Origin: Simkaniaceae bacterium
GTDB taxonomy: Bacteria > Chlamydiota > Chlamydiia > Chlamydiales > Simkaniaceae
Assembly: GCA_026708385.1 (NCBI GenBank)
Contig: JAPOVA010000010.1
Span: forward strand, 5,236 to 69,235
Direction: 5' to 3'
DNA length: 64,000 bases
Positions 19,232-28,148 of the stretch are shown piece by piece. Position 1 is the first letter of the stretch; every line of letters begins with the position of its first letter. The notes under the pieces were generated by a model, which was not told the DNA's origin, ran no database searches, and worked only from the letters and a program-made list of their open reading frames with translations. Made by a program: the position numbers and the translations under genes.

Positions 19232-20362
19232 TTACGGACAGCTCGCCACCCGTCGACGGGGAGAGGGGCGGGCAAGAGCGATTCCCTCCGGTCGCCCGTC
19301 GGGATAGGCCCCCGACAACGCCCGGTAAAACTCTTCGAACAGCCACCACGTATCGACGGGACCCGGGGTCGCCTCCGGATGAAACTGTACGCCACGACAA
19401 AAGGGTCGCCCCTTGTGTGCGAATCCCTCAACCGACCCGTCATGGATATTTCTGAAGGTCACCTCCCACTCATCGGACAAACTCGCCTCCTCGACAACGT
19501 AACCGTGGTTTTGCGAAGTCAAAAAACAGGCGTTATCGGCAATGCGGAGACAGGGCTGATTTTGCCCACGGTGGCCGTACCGGAGCTTCTTCGTCACGGC
19601 CCCGCTCGCCAAAGCCATCAGTTGTGCTCCCAGACAGATACCGAAGAACGGCCTTGTCGGATGTTTTTCCATCGCCCTCCGCAAGAGGGCAACATCTTCC
19701 TGATGTTTGGCGGGATCTCCGGGTCCGTTTGACAGAAGCACGCCGTCACAATCCTCATCCGTGTAGTCGTAACCGCGGGGCACCTTTTTCACCCGCACCG
19801 GGAAGTGGAGAAGGGAGCGTACGATGCTCCGCTTCACTCCGTAATCCACCAAAACGATCAGAGGCCCCTCCTCTCCGTACCACACAACCTCATCACTCTC
19901 ATCACTCACCTTTTCCCGCATCCGGTCCGAGTCGGAAGGAGGGGCCCCCTTCGGCACGATGCTACCGGAAACCACACCCCGGGAACGCAATCGCCTCGTT
20001 ACGGCACGGGTATCAACCCCGGTCATGACGGGAACACGCTCCCGCGACAGCCGGGCAAACAGAGAATCCGTGCTCTTATAGTGAAACGATTCGGAAAAAA
20101 GTTCGTTGACCACGACACCCGCAACTCGTATCCCCCCGGACTCCCACGAATCGGGGGGGGGAACACCGTAATTGCCCACCTGAGGGTAGGTGAAGACCAA
20201 AATCTGCCCCTTATAAGAGGGGTCGGTGAGAGACTCGACATACCCGGTCATCCCCGTCGTAAACACAACCTCCCCACGAACCGCCTTGCTTTGCGACGAC
20301 GGGACGGCCCCGGCAAACTCCGTGCCGTCCTCCAACACAAGGGTAGCATCCGTGGTCCGCAT
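19232..20362 (-). CDS. carA: Carbamoyl-phosphate synthase small (glutaminase) subunit
   Basis: Start at ATG 20362 with GGAGGAG upstream. N-terminus MRTTDATLVLEDGTEFAG, triad region GICLGAQLMA...HGY...FHPE. Confidence 0.9.
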   Translation of the reverse strand: MRTTDATLVLEDGTEFAGAVPSSQSKAVRGEVVFTTGMTGYVESLTDPSYKGQILVFTYPQVGNYGVPPPDSWESGGIRVAGVVVNELFSESFHYKSTDSLFARLSRERVPVMTGVDTRAVTRRLRSRGVVSGSIVPKGAPPSDSDRMREKVSDESDEVVWYGEEGPLIVLVDYGVKRSIVRSLLHFPVRVKKVPRGYDYTDEDCDGVLLSNGPGDPAKHQEDVALLRRAMEKHPTRPFFGICLGAQLMALASGAVTKKLRYGHRGQNQPCLRIADNACFLTSQNHGYVVEEASLSDEWEVTFRNIHDGSVEGFAHKGRPFCRGVQFHPEATPGPVDTWWLFEEFYRALSGAYPDGRPEGIALARPSPRRRVASCP

Positions 20363-20640
20363 ACTCCTCCTCGACACACCGACATCCGGACCCCAGTCTA
20401 CACCGAAACGGAAAAAACAGGCAAGGCCGTCAAAAAAAACCGTACGTCCGAAAACGAATAGGGGGGACGATCGCCGGGCAGTATCGAAACTTCGGGCCGA
20501 TGGCGGCACGAGAGAAAGGGGAAGAAAGGTATAACATGCGCCTCTCCGTGGAGACCACGCGTCGGATAACGTAAAGAACCGTCGGTACCCCCGAAGGATG
20601 ATCTCGTGCACATGTCGGCACCCGGGGGAGGGCAAGGTAC

Positions 20641-20670
20641 TTGCGGTTTTCCCGATGCATCGTATAGAAT
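20641..20670 (+). promoter_or_regulatory. Candidate sigma-70-type promoter for trxA (TTGCGG-N18-TAGAAT)
   Basis: Hexamers at 20641-20646 and 20665-20670, 30 nt upstream of the trxA ATG, in the divergent carA/trxA intergenic region. Confidence 0.3.
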
Positions 20671-20699
20671 GAGCTTCGTGGGAACATTTCGGAGTGATC

Positions 20700-21023
20700 A
20701 TGAAGGACAGCTCTGTAGTCGAGCTGAATGATGACGACTTCGGGGAGGCCGTAAAGACCGGAGTGGTTCTCGTCGATTTCTATGCCGACTGGTGCGGTCC
20801 GTGTCGCACTCTTGCCCCCCATCTGGAAGAGGTGGCGACCGGAATGACCGGCCGGGCCAAGGTGTACAAGGTCGACATCGATCGTTGCATCAAAACGGCC
20901 GGCTCTTTCCGCATTACTTCCGTGCCGACGATGATTCTCTTCAAGGAAGGTAAGGAGATCGGACGTCTCATCGGATTACAAACCGCGGACGACTTGATTG
21001 ACTTCATAAACAAAGCTTTATAG
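20700..21023 (+). CDS. trxA: Thioredoxin
   Basis: WCGPC active site. GGAG 5 nt upstream of ATG 20700 (the ORF track starts at GTG 20694). Confidence 0.92.
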   Translation: MKDSSVVELNDDDFGEAVKTGVVLVDFYADWCGPCRTLAPHLEEVATGMTGRAKVYKVDIDRCIKTAGSFRITSVPTMILFKEGKEIGRLIGLQTADDLIDFINKAL

Positions 21024-21025
21024 AT

Positions 21026-21229
21026 ATGGGACGCCTCATCACGTTGATCGTTGTCTGCACCTTGGGAGTGGGGGCGTTGATGACATTCGGCATCCCCCTC
21101 GATTGGATCGGACACCTCCCCGGAGACATCTCCTTCGATTGGCACGGTCGACATGTGTTCGCCCCCTTCGGCACCTCCGTCGTGCTCAGCTTGGTTCTTT
21201 CGGCCCTCTTCTCCCTGTTCCTCCGTTAG
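21026..21229 (+). CDS. Small membrane protein, DUF2905 family
   Basis: 67 aa with two hydrophobic segments flanking the conserved HLPGDISF motif. Confidence 0.6.
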   Translation: MGRLITLIVVCTLGVGALMTFGIPLDWIGHLPGDISFDWHGRHVFAPFGTSVVLSLVLSALFSLFLR

Positions 21230-21244
21230 GTCGGGACAATCCGT

Positions 21245-21718
21245 TCACATTCCGTTATCCGTTAAACGTCCCAAAGGAAAGCCGGCCTGTCTCTGCGCCT
21301 CGTAAACGGCTATCCCCACCGCCGTTGACAGATTCAAACACCGACTCCCCTCCCTTACGGGAAGGGTAACGAACCTGTCCGGCCATCGTACGCGATACTC
21401 CGCAGGTAAACCGGAGACCTCCGATCCGAAGATCAGAATCGCATCCTCCGCATAGGAGACCTCCGCGTACGACCTTTCCGCGTGGCGCGAAAAAAAATAG
21501 AAAGAAGAGCCTACCTTCTTCAGGTAGCTCGGTAGATCATCCGTTTCTACGATGCGCACCCCCTCCCGGTAGTCAAGTCCCGCTCGTTTGAGACTCCGAT
21601 CATCGGTGCGAAACCCCAAAGGACGTACCAAAACGAGTTCGACGCCGGTAACGCTACACGTACGGATGACATTCCCGGTATTCCAAGGAATTCGGGGGCG
21701 ATACAATATGACGCGCAT
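21245..21718 (-). CDS. trmL: tRNA (cytidine/uridine-2'-O-)-methyltransferase, SpoU/TrmL type
   Basis: 157-aa minimal SpoU fold. NTGNVIRTC, FGSEVSGLP and LNLSTAVGIAVYEA motifs. Confidence 0.75.
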   Translation of the reverse strand: MRVILYRPRIPWNTGNVIRTCSVTGVELVLVRPLGFRTDDRSLKRAGLDYREGVRIVETDDLPSYLKKVGSSFYFFSRHAERSYAEVSYAEDAILIFGSEVSGLPAEYRVRWPDRFVTLPVREGSRCLNLSTAVGIAVYEAQRQAGFPLGRLTDNGM

Positions 21719-21732
21719 CGAACACCGGACAC

Positions 21733-22527
21733 CTACTCGGATTCTGCCGACACCCTTTCCCGCACACTCTCCTCGGCAGGGGGCCCCTCGGCAGAAGAAC
21801 GCGCGGTCGCAGACCCGACCTCTTCTCGAACGGGAACGTGGGCTTTAAGCACTTCCACCTCGAAGATCAGCAGAGTGTTCGGTGCCAAGTAGGTATCCGT
21901 ACCGAACCCGATCGAGGGGTGAATGTAGAGAGTGCGCCTTTCCCCTTCCTTCATGCCGACAACTCCCTTGCCGAACCCGGGAATACTACTTCCCAGAGGG
22001 ATCGACTGTTCTTCCCCCGAAGCGGTAAAGAGTTTTCCTCCCGGGAGACGCCCCGTGTAACGGAGCATCGGAGAGTGATCTTTTTCTACGACGGCACCCG
22101 AACCCTCCCTGTCGACCCGGTATTGCAGACGACCCGGGTCGGCCTCGATCACCCCCTCCTTTGCCCTATTATCGGCAAGGAAAGCCTCCGCCTCTTCAAG
22201 ATTTTTACTTGCCAAACGCGCGGAGGCCTCCTCCCGCATCGTCCCCACGATACGCATGCACTCCGTCTCATCCATGGGAGCCTCCTTGCCGTCAAACGCA
22301 TCCCGCAACCCTCGCAAAACCTCCTCTCCGTCAACGGACGATCCCATAACATCGAGATTCTTCTTTACGAAGTGTCCGATGGCCCGAGAAACCTTTTTCG
22401 TATCGAACTCCTGCTTTTCGGTATCGGAAGTGGCGGGCACGGACTCGGGCTGTTCCTCGCCCCCGTATGCCGATGCAAAGAGCACGGCAGAAAGTAAAAT
22501 AGAGTAACGTTTCCCCTTTCGTTGCAT
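21733..22527 (-). CDS. mip: FKBP-type peptidyl-prolyl isomerase, Mip-like
   Basis: Signal sequence, long N-terminal helix domain, and C-terminal FKBP domain with GERRTLYIHPSIGFG and LIFEVEVL. Confidence 0.85.
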   Translation of the reverse strand: MQRKGKRYSILLSAVLFASAYGGEEQPESVPATSDTEKQEFDTKKVSRAIGHFVKKNLDVMGSSVDGEEVLRGLRDAFDGKEAPMDETECMRIVGTMREEASARLASKNLEEAEAFLADNRAKEGVIEADPGRLQYRVDREGSGAVVEKDHSPMLRYTGRLPGGKLFTASGEEQSIPLGSSIPGFGKGVVGMKEGERRTLYIHPSIGFGTDTYLAPNTLLIFEVEVLKAHVPVREEVGSATARSSAEGPPAEESVRERVSAESE

Positions 22528-22583
22528 AATTCATCTCTCCTCGCGTAGGGTTATGAGACACCTCATTTTATTACGTCATCCGA

Positions 22584-24374
22584 TTACATCCAATTGATTT
22601 CTTTAGGATCGGCCTCGAGTTCGAGTGCACGTAGTTGAGCGGAGGCGACGGAAGAGGGACAACGCATCATCAAATCACTTGCTTTTTGTGTCTTGGGAAA
22701 TGCAATCACGTCCCGTATATTATCGGTCCGGGCGAGGAGCATTAAGAGCCGATCGATACCGATCGCAATGCCGAGGTGGGGTGGAGTGCCGTATGCGAGA
22801 GCTTCGGTGAAAAATCCGAACCGGCTCCGCACCTCTTCTTCCTCCAACTGCAAAGCACGAAAGATCTGCGCCTGCAACAACGGGTCGTGAATTCTTCGGG
22901 ACCCCCCGCCGATCTCGTAACCGTTCACGACAATGTCGTAAGCAAGCGACCGTACCCGCAGGGGATCCGAAGCAATCTTATCGATATCTTCGTCATGAGG
23001 CGCGGTAAAGGGGTGGTGCATGCTCGTCGGCAAGCCGGTGATCGCATCGCGTATGAAGAGAGGGAAGTCGACAACCCATACGAAAGCGTAGCGATCCGGA
23101 TCGATCAGATTCCTATCCTTGGCGATCAGACGACGCAGATGATCCATGGCCTGATTGACGGTTGCCTCATCAGCCGCCGCGAAGAAGAGTAGGTCCCCCC
23201 TCCCGGCCCCCGTCCTCTTTTCCATCTCCTTGAGGAGGGCCGGGGTGAAGAATTTGGTAATGCTCGAGTGCAGTCCCTCTTCCCGACACCTCATCCATGC
23301 AAGCCCCTTCAGACCGAACGTGCCGACAAATGCGGTATATGTTTCGATCTCCTTACGAGAGATGTCCTCTCCCCGCTTCACACATAAGCACTTTACGGTA
23401 CCTCCGGTTGCGAGTTGCTCGCGAAATACGGAAAACCCGCAGGTCGGTAGCACGGCATCCAAGCAGACGAGGGGCATATCGAACCGCAAGTCGGGACGAT
23501 CGGTACCGTATCGGTCGACGCATTCTCGATAGCTCATCTTCCGGATCGATTCGGGGATCTTCGTTTCGAGGTGGGTGGAAAAGATCTCGGCAAGGTAATC
23601 CCGGATCAGTTGCCACAACGTTTCGGGTCGCTCAAAGCTCATTTCGATATCGAGTTGGGTAAACTCGGGTTGTCTGTCGGCACGCAGATCCTCATCCCTA
23701 AAACAGGGAGCAATCTGGAAGTAGCGATCGATCCCCCCGACCATAAGGAGTTGTTTAAAGATTTGGGGAGACTGGGGTAATGCGTAGAAATTACCCGGGT
23801 AGATACGAGAGGGGACGAGGTAGTCGCGCGCCCCTTCGGGGGTTGACTTACCCAAGACGGGCGTTGTCACCTCGATAAAGTGCCTCGCATCAAAAAAATT
23901 TCTCGTACCGAGCATCACCTCGTGGCGTAGTTGCAAGTTGTGAGAGATATTCGGTCGGCGCATATCGAGGTACCGGTATTTCAGCCGGATCTCCTCGTGG
24001 GTCTCGGTCACCTCGTCGCAAACGGAAAAGGGGGGTGTCTTCGCCTTGGCACACACCGTGAGATCGGTGATCTCTACTTCAATCTCTCCCGTAGCCAGTT
24101 TGGAGTTGGTCAACCCTTCCCCCCTTCGTCGCACCCGACCCGAGGCCGATATCACCCATTCGGAACGGAGCTTGGCTGCCAGGGAGTGAGCACTTGCGGA
24201 CACTTCCGGATCGAATAGGAGTTGTGTGATGCCGTACCGATCCCTCAGATCGATAAAGATCAACCCGCCATGATCGCGCCTCCTATGGACCCATCCGGAG
24301 AGGGAGACGGTGGTACCTACGTCCGACTCTCTCAGCTCATGACATAAATGCGTCCTGTCATACCCTGCATTCAT
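22584..24374 (-). CDS. aspS: Aspartate--tRNA ligase
   Basis: OB-fold N-terminus. Class II motifs FRDEDLRADRQPEFTQLD, GGGSRRIH and GIAIGIDRL. Confidence 0.95.
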   Translation of the reverse strand: MNAGYDRTHLCHELRESDVGTTVSLSGWVHRRRDHGGLIFIDLRDRYGITQLLFDPEVSASAHSLAAKLRSEWVISASGRVRRRGEGLTNSKLATGEIEVEITDLTVCAKAKTPPFSVCDEVTETHEEIRLKYRYLDMRRPNISHNLQLRHEVMLGTRNFFDARHFIEVTTPVLGKSTPEGARDYLVPSRIYPGNFYALPQSPQIFKQLLMVGGIDRYFQIAPCFRDEDLRADRQPEFTQLDIEMSFERPETLWQLIRDYLAEIFSTHLETKIPESIRKMSYRECVDRYGTDRPDLRFDMPLVCLDAVLPTCGFSVFREQLATGGTVKCLCVKRGEDISRKEIETYTAFVGTFGLKGLAWMRCREEGLHSSITKFFTPALLKEMEKRTGAGRGDLLFFAAADEATVNQAMDHLRRLIAKDRNLIDPDRYAFVWVVDFPLFIRDAITGLPTSMHHPFTAPHDEDIDKIASDPLRVRSLAYDIVVNGYEIGGGSRRIHDPLLQAQIFRALQLEEEEVRSRFGFFTEALAYGTPPHLGIAIGIDRLLMLLARTDNIRDVIAFPKTQKASDLMMRCPSSVASAQLRALELEADPKEINWM

Positions 24375-25657
24375 GACTTTTTAAAAAACGAAATGATATT
24401 TTTCAACTCGACATATACGACTTCTTCCGTACCCATATTTTTGATCTGCGCCTTCTCGCTACGTAGTTCCTCCTCACCTACGATCACGGCATATCCGGCT
24501 CGGACCCGGTACGCCAGTTGCAATCCTTTCCGGATTTTCGCACAAAAACAGACCTCGGCACTGATCTCGGCATGACGGAGAGAGTAAAGATAAGAGAGAC
24601 ATGCCTCCTGCGCCACGGTCCCCAAGAGGATTAAACAGACCTCAGGCCCCTCCGGCTCGGGAAAGAAGCACTTCTGCCTCTCCATGGTCTGCAGGATGCG
24701 CTCCATCCCGGTCGAATAACCGACCGCCGGGATCGGAGGTCCCCCCAAGAGGATGGAAAGTCCGTCGTAACGCCCCCCTCCCCCTATCGCATTTTGCCCC
24801 CCCGGTACATCCGATATGACCTCAAATACGGTTCTATTGTAGTAATCCAGACCACGCACGAGTTTCGGTGTAACCTCGAAAGCAATCCCCCCCTTTGTAA
24901 GCAATGTGCACACCGTGTCAAAATGCCGTTTACTATCGGGATCCAACATGTCGGTAATGGCGGGCGCATCGGTCAAAAGGGCCTGTTCCTCTTCGTCTTT
25001 CGTGTCCAAAATGCGGAGGGGATTTTTATCGAAACGAACCCGGCTCTCCGGAGAAAGGGAGGAAAGGTGGGGGCGTAGAAACGTACGTAAACTCTCCGCG
25101 TACCGGATTCCGGTCTCACCGTCACCGAGGGAGTTGAGCATCACCTTCAAATGCGAAAGACCGAGTCGCCTGTAGAGCTCGAGAAGCATATCGATCGCCT
25201 CGAAGTCCCTTTCGGGAGAAGGATCGCCGATCGCCTCAACGCCGAATTGGCGGAATTGCCGAAACCTTCCCGCTTGCGGTCTGTCATGGCGAAAAAAGGG
25301 GCCGATATAGAACAACTTCCGACATCCCTCCAACATATCGAGCCGGTTCTCGATCACCGACCGCATAACGGGCGCCGTCCCCTCCGGACGTAGCGCCATC
25401 GACCGTCCTCCCTTATCCGAGAAGAGGTACATCTCCTTGGAAACGATGTCGGACGCTTCACCCACGCCACGCACGAAAAGGTCGGCCTGTTCGAAAAGGG
25501 GTGTGCGTATCTCCGCAAAGCGATAATCAAAGGCCAAGGCACGAATCGTCCTCTCCAAGTGGTGCCACCGATCCGACTGTTTCCACAGGTTTTGCGGTTT
25601 GGGCTCGACGGGCAAAGAATCAAACGTCCCCCTCGGAATCCGGTACTGCGCGGACAT
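24371..25657 (-). CDS. hisS: Histidine--tRNA ligase
   Basis: Start at ATG 25657 (MSAQYRIPRGTFD). Motifs FRHDRPQAGRFRQFRQFGVE and GGGRYDGL. 4-nt overlap with aspS. Confidence 0.92.
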   Translation of the reverse strand: MSAQYRIPRGTFDSLPVEPKPQNLWKQSDRWHHLERTIRALAFDYRFAEIRTPLFEQADLFVRGVGEASDIVSKEMYLFSDKGGRSMALRPEGTAPVMRSVIENRLDMLEGCRKLFYIGPFFRHDRPQAGRFRQFRQFGVEAIGDPSPERDFEAIDMLLELYRRLGLSHLKVMLNSLGDGETGIRYAESLRTFLRPHLSSLSPESRVRFDKNPLRILDTKDEEEQALLTDAPAITDMLDPDSKRHFDTVCTLLTKGGIAFEVTPKLVRGLDYYNRTVFEVISDVPGGQNAIGGGGRYDGLSILLGGPPIPAVGYSTGMERILQTMERQKCFFPEPEGPEVCLILLGTVAQEACLSYLYSLRHAEISAEVCFCAKIRKGLQLAYRVRAGYAVIVGEEELRSEKAQIKNMGTEEVVYVELKNIISFFKKS

Positions 25658-25838
25658 CGCTCTCGTCCTCGGCAACAACCCCTTAACACGGCACTCCATC
25701 TTACTACGATCCCGCCTTTCCCATCTAACGAAAACTTCCCCACCACCGGAAGTGCGCGGACAAAGTCCGACACCCGTCCCGCCTACTCCCGAATCACCAT
25801 GCCCCCCCGAATACATCCGCAAAAACCGGGAGGGATCA

Positions 25839-26342
25839 TCAACGCACGGGACGAGAGGAGAATCGGATGAGTTCGACGAAAGAGAGGAGGCCGAACAGGA
25901 TGAAAAAGAGATACGAGGGGTCGGGAATCGAAAAGTGCAACACCACGAGGATCAAAGAGCAAAACTGAGCGGATGTCATGACCTTCCCCCAACGGTACGA
26001 CCGGATCCGGAGTCGCTTCCAATCTCCGTTGAGCCGGAAGTAGATCATAAACACGAAGAGAAACATGTCGCGGGTCATCATCGTCCCCGCCTGCCACACC
26101 TTTATGCGCCCTTCCGTCACCAACGTCGCCAGAGCGACGTAGACAAAAAACTTGTCCATCAGAGGGTCCAAGACCGCCCCCAGGCGGGAGGTGCATCGAT
26201 AACGACGGGCGAGATAACCGTCAACACAGTCGGTCAATACGGCCAAAACCACCGTCACTACGCGCAACACCGCATTATCGATCACGAAGAGAAGAGCTAA
26301 AGGTGCTCGCAAAAAAGAGAGGCTATTCGAGGGATTCAACAT
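25839..26342 (-). CDS. pgsA: CDP-alcohol phosphatidyltransferase (PgsA-like)
   Basis: DCVDGYLARRYRCTSRLGAVLDPLMDK matches D(x)2DG(x)2AR(x)8G(x)3D(x)3D. Polytopic, short (167 aa). Confidence 0.7.
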   Translation of the reverse strand: MLNPSNSLSFLRAPLALLFVIDNAVLRVVTVVLAVLTDCVDGYLARRYRCTSRLGAVLDPLMDKFFVYVALATLVTEGRIKVWQAGTMMTRDMFLFVFMIYFRLNGDWKRLRIRSYRWGKVMTSAQFCSLILVVLHFSIPDPSYLFFILFGLLSFVELIRFSSRPVR

Positions 26343-26356
26343 GCTCCGATTATTCC

Positions 26357-26974
26357 TTATACCCGGCGCTTCTTCTGTTTTTTATACCAAACCAAGCCAA
26401 TTACAGCCAGGGAGAAGCACAAAAAGAGCGCCATGCCGAACATCCCAAGATGACGTGTCGGTAAAGGGCAACTCTGCGCCATCCGGTAGAAGGCTGCGAA
26501 GACCACGGTCCCCCACACGGTACACGCCAACGCATCGTAGAGGACGAACTTGCCGAAGGAGACGCGACTCATCCCGGCCGTCATAAAGATGCAGTTACGC
26601 ACACCGAAAGGGATGAACCGACCCGCGAGCAAGGCCCAAAAACCTCCCTTCCGATACAAGCTCCGGATCCGGATCAGGCGACTTTCGGACAATCTGTCGG
26701 CAAAAAATCTCACCGAAAGGAGCCTGCGACCCAACAAACGCCCGATTCCGTAGGCAATCCATGCCGAAAGGGAGGCACCCACTATGACGCTTACGTACAG
26801 GTAGTACAGATTTTCGGGAACCACCGTCGCCGCTAAAATAGCACTTGTAGCTACGATAAGATCGAGGCTAACGGGCACGTTACATCCGGCAAGGAGGGTG
26901 AGTCCGAAGACAATCCAATGAGCATACCCGGCATGAGCAACAACATATTCAAGAATGTTATGGCAACAACTCAT
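26357..26974 (-). CDS. DedA/SNARE-associated family membrane protein
   Basis: 205-aa polytopic protein with the YGIGRLLGRRLL and FIPFGVRN motifs typical of DedA. Confidence 0.75.
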   Translation of the reverse strand: MSCCHNILEYVVAHAGYAHWIVFGLTLLAGCNVPVSLDLIVATSAILAATVVPENLYYLYVSVIVGASLSAWIAYGIGRLLGRRLLSVRFFADRLSESRLIRIRSLYRKGGFWALLAGRFIPFGVRNCIFMTAGMSRVSFGKFVLYDALACTVWGTVVFAAFYRMAQSCPLPTRHLGMFGMALFLCFSLAVIGLVWYKKQKKRRV

Positions 26975-27099
26975 AATCTATGAGAAATTTAATTTATTCT
27001 CGACGCCCCCCATTTTAAGAAATAAAGTCCCTTTCATGCAAACAAATTGTGCCGAACCCGGGGCGGTCACCGGAATCGTAAAAGAAAAATTCCTCTGCT

Positions 27100-27520
27100 T
27101 TAGCAAAAGAGATGAACCGATACGAGGCTTTCTCGATATGTCGGGACCCCCTCCCGATCATGAGGCTGAAGATGCCTCTCCGGCACCGTGGGGAGACTCA
27201 GACATCTCCACGGCCCTTCGCGTCCGTCGCACGGCCTCCGGTAACGCCTCGGAGAAAGGCCTCTACCCGTTTCCTTCGCCCCCCCGGGCGAAAAAATCAC
27301 CCGAAGAGAGGAGAAGGTCTGTGTTCGGGGGAAGGGTAACTCCCGCGCATCGGCTCTACCATCGAAGATCACCGTAGCACACATACCGGCCTCCCCCGGC
27401 AAACGGTCGAGATCGGTGATAAATGCTTCCCGCATACCGGAAAATGATCCCCCCTCCTCCCTGAGTAAGGCAAAAAAAAAAGGTTGTAACCGTCGATAAT
27501 CCGTCGATAATATAGTTCAC
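27100..27520 (-). pseudogene. Decayed YacP/Rae1-like NYN-domain ribonuclease gene
   Basis: GTG 27520 overlaps the rdgB stop and opens VNYIIDG.... The +1 frame continues REAFITDL...ATVIFDG...LRVIFSP. An 11-bp tandem duplication (27490-27511) interrupts a DGYN motif. There is a frame change near the T10 run. Confidence 0.5.
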
Positions 27521-28140
27521 AAAAGGGCTCTTTTTCGTAAACGACCGATGGCGGATAGTAATTTATCCAACGCCTTCCTTCTGTGGGAAACCCTATTCTT
27601 TATCTCCTCTCCCATCTCCGCAAAGGTCTTTCCGTAGCCATATTTCCTGAAGAGGGGGTCGTAGCCGAACCCGCCCCCCCCTCCGGGAGTTGTGATCAAC
27701 GTGCCGAAACAACATCCCCGCACTTCGGCCCGGATCCCCTCGGGAGAGGCAAGAGCCATGGCACACACGTAGTACCCTTTCCTCTCCGATTCGTCGATTT
27801 TCTCCAGCTCTTCGAGAAGCTTGACCCGGTTTTCCTGATCGCCGGCACCCTCTCCGGCATAACGGGCACTGCGAATGCCGGGAGCGCCACCCAAAGCCGG
27901 AACCACCAAACCCGAATCATCGGCCAACACCCATTCTTTCAGCGCGGAGGCGGCCGACAAGGCTTTCAAAGCGGCATTTTCCTCAAACGTCTTCCCTCTC
28001 TCTTCGGGAACGCGGTAGTCGGGAAAATCGTGCAAGGTCAGAATATCCGAAGGAAAGTGCGCCCTCAATACGGCGCGAATCTCCCGTACTTTATGAAGAT
28101 TTGTCGTCGCAATGAGCAACCTCGTCATAGGATTCGTCAT
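27517..28140 (-). CDS. rdgB: Non-canonical purine NTP pyrophosphatase (RdgB/HAM1)
   Basis: IATTNLHKVREI N-terminus, SARYAGE and GGFGYDPLF motifs. Confidence 0.9.
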   Translation of the reverse strand: MTNPMTRLLIATTNLHKVREIRAVLRAHFPSDILTLHDFPDYRVPEERGKTFEENAALKALSAASALKEWVLADDSGLVVPALGGAPGIRSARYAGEGAGDQENRVKLLEELEKIDESERKGYYVCAMALASPEGIRAEVRGCCFGTLITTPGGGGGFGYDPLFRKYGYGKTFAEMGEEIKNRVSHRRKALDKLLSAIGRLRKRALL

Positions 28141-28148
28141 AGCCGGCT

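Noticed and set aside
18714-19400. 228-aa minus-strand ORF spanning the carA-carB spacer
   Set aside because: It overlaps the carA 3' end out of frame. It is Arg/Gly-rich and featureless. The spacer is better explained by the carA 5' duplicate reported above.
19805-20461. 218-aa plus-strand ORF
   Set aside because: Antisense shadow of carA.
25599-26300. 233-aa plus-strand ORF
   Set aside because: Antisense to the hisS 5' end and to pgsA. Low-complexity translation.
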